From positions 1 to 41,244 of the forward strand of contig CAZHPN010000032.1 of the NCBI GenBank assembly GCA_964534375.1: a DNA stretch of 41,244 nucleotides, given 5' to 3'. Shown here piece after piece: positions 40,591-41,244 of the stretch. Source of the stretch: an uncultured bacterium (lineage in GTDB: Bacteria; Lernaellota; Lernaellaia; Lernaellales; Lernaellaceae). Numbering within the stretch: position 1 is the stretch's first letter; each line of letters opens with the position of its first letter. The notes beneath the pieces were generated by a model. The model did no database searches. It saw nothing but the letters and a program-made list of their open reading frames with translations, and was not told the origin of the DNA. The position numbers and the translations under genes were made by a program.

Positions 40591-40792
40591 CTAAACACAG
40601 AGGCCACAGGCCGGCGGAATGGAACTCAAAACACAGAGGCCACAGAAAAAGCCCGCAGACGACAAAGTGGCGGCCGCAACGCGTCGCGCGGGACCGCGCG
40701 CCACGCGTTCCGGCCGCACTTTTCGCTGTACTCTCCGTGTCCGCCCGCTGTGCTCTCTGTGTCTAAAATTACTCAACCCGTCATGCCGGCCA
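40591..40792. repeat. Composite hairpin element, copy 2 (long imperfect palindrome)
   Basis: Core 40671-40717 is 46/47 identical to 38291-38337; arms ACACAGAGGCCACAG / CTGTGCTCTCTGTGT and AAAGTGGCGGCCG / CGGCCGCACTTT. Confidence 0.75.
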
Positions 40793-40838
40793 TCGCGAAC
40801 GGAAAGCACTTGCCGCCGTCACGCCGGGCGCGGCGCTG

Positions 40839-40909
40839 GGAATCGGAACCGATTAAGTAATGTGTCCCCGGAATCGGACCCCGATTAAGTAATGTGTCCC
40901 CGGAATCGG
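40839..40909. repeat. Tandem 31-32 nt direct repeat (2 copies plus partial) with internal hairpin
   Basis: GGAATCGGA(A/CC)CCGATTAAGTAATGTGTCCCC twice, then GGAATCGG; no spacers. Confidence 0.85.
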
Positions 40910-41244
40910 TCCAAGGGACAGTCACCCGGATGTGTTGTTTTTTCAACGCAACACTCGATAAGACAAATCAAGGCTCCCACGTTGATTCAACGCGCCCGTT
41001 GCGCCATCCTCAAATTGGTTTCCCTCTTTGACAACACGCTTTCTCACTTTGTGGCCCGATGAAACATTTTCGAGCTTGACATAGGTCCGGCCATAGGGTA
41101 ACTCTAAATCATTCCGTTTTCCTTATACGCGAATTGTGTTTAAAGACGGGAGGTCAGAAATGAAAGGCGTAGAAACAGAGAACGATCTTCTACTGACCTT
41201 CGCATAATATGGTGACAACTTCGTCAAAATGATAACCCGGCGTG

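Noticed and set aside
38291..40792. Canonical integron attC sites
   Set aside because: No properly placed RYYYAAC/GTTRRRY boxes and no intI in the window; kept only as an analogous hairpin element.
40839..40909. Possible CRISPR array
   Set aside because: Repeats are contiguous with no spacers, and there are no cas genes in the window.

Overview
High-GC bacterial contig, probably from a metagenome; it begins with an untrimmed Illumina adapter (1-48). Gene content suggests an anaerobic deltaproteobacteria-like lineage (inference). In order: a truncated sigma54-driven fliM-like gene missed by the ORF track; three tandem GT-C-type membrane glycosyltransferase paralogs divergent from pilR and two ~90% identical short type IVa pilins, each pilin with its own sigma54 promoter; amtB; an ACT protein with a four-subunit 2-oxoacid:ferredoxin oxidoreductase; an aromatic amino-acid operon with unusual fusions (TyrA-chorismate mutase; DAHP synthase-prephenate dehydratase); a B12 radical SAM enzyme; a secreted papain-family protease with Cys-rich and propeller repeats ending in poly-Asp...GCGC; a MerR/flavoprotein/MFS unit; an orphan PAS histidine kinase; a QueG-like gene, gmhA and thrS; an MNT-HEPN toxin-antitoxin pair; a TIGR03960-type radical SAM fusion; an unknown sigma54-driven lipoprotein; and darTG bracketed by two copies of a bulged-hairpin element. 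Many intergenic gaps hold 7-9 nt tandem repeats. Best candidate new systems: the triple GT-C/dual pilin locus, the hairpin-flanked DarTG cassette, and the TM-less GCGC C-terminal tag. All calls come from reading motifs by eye; no searches were run.
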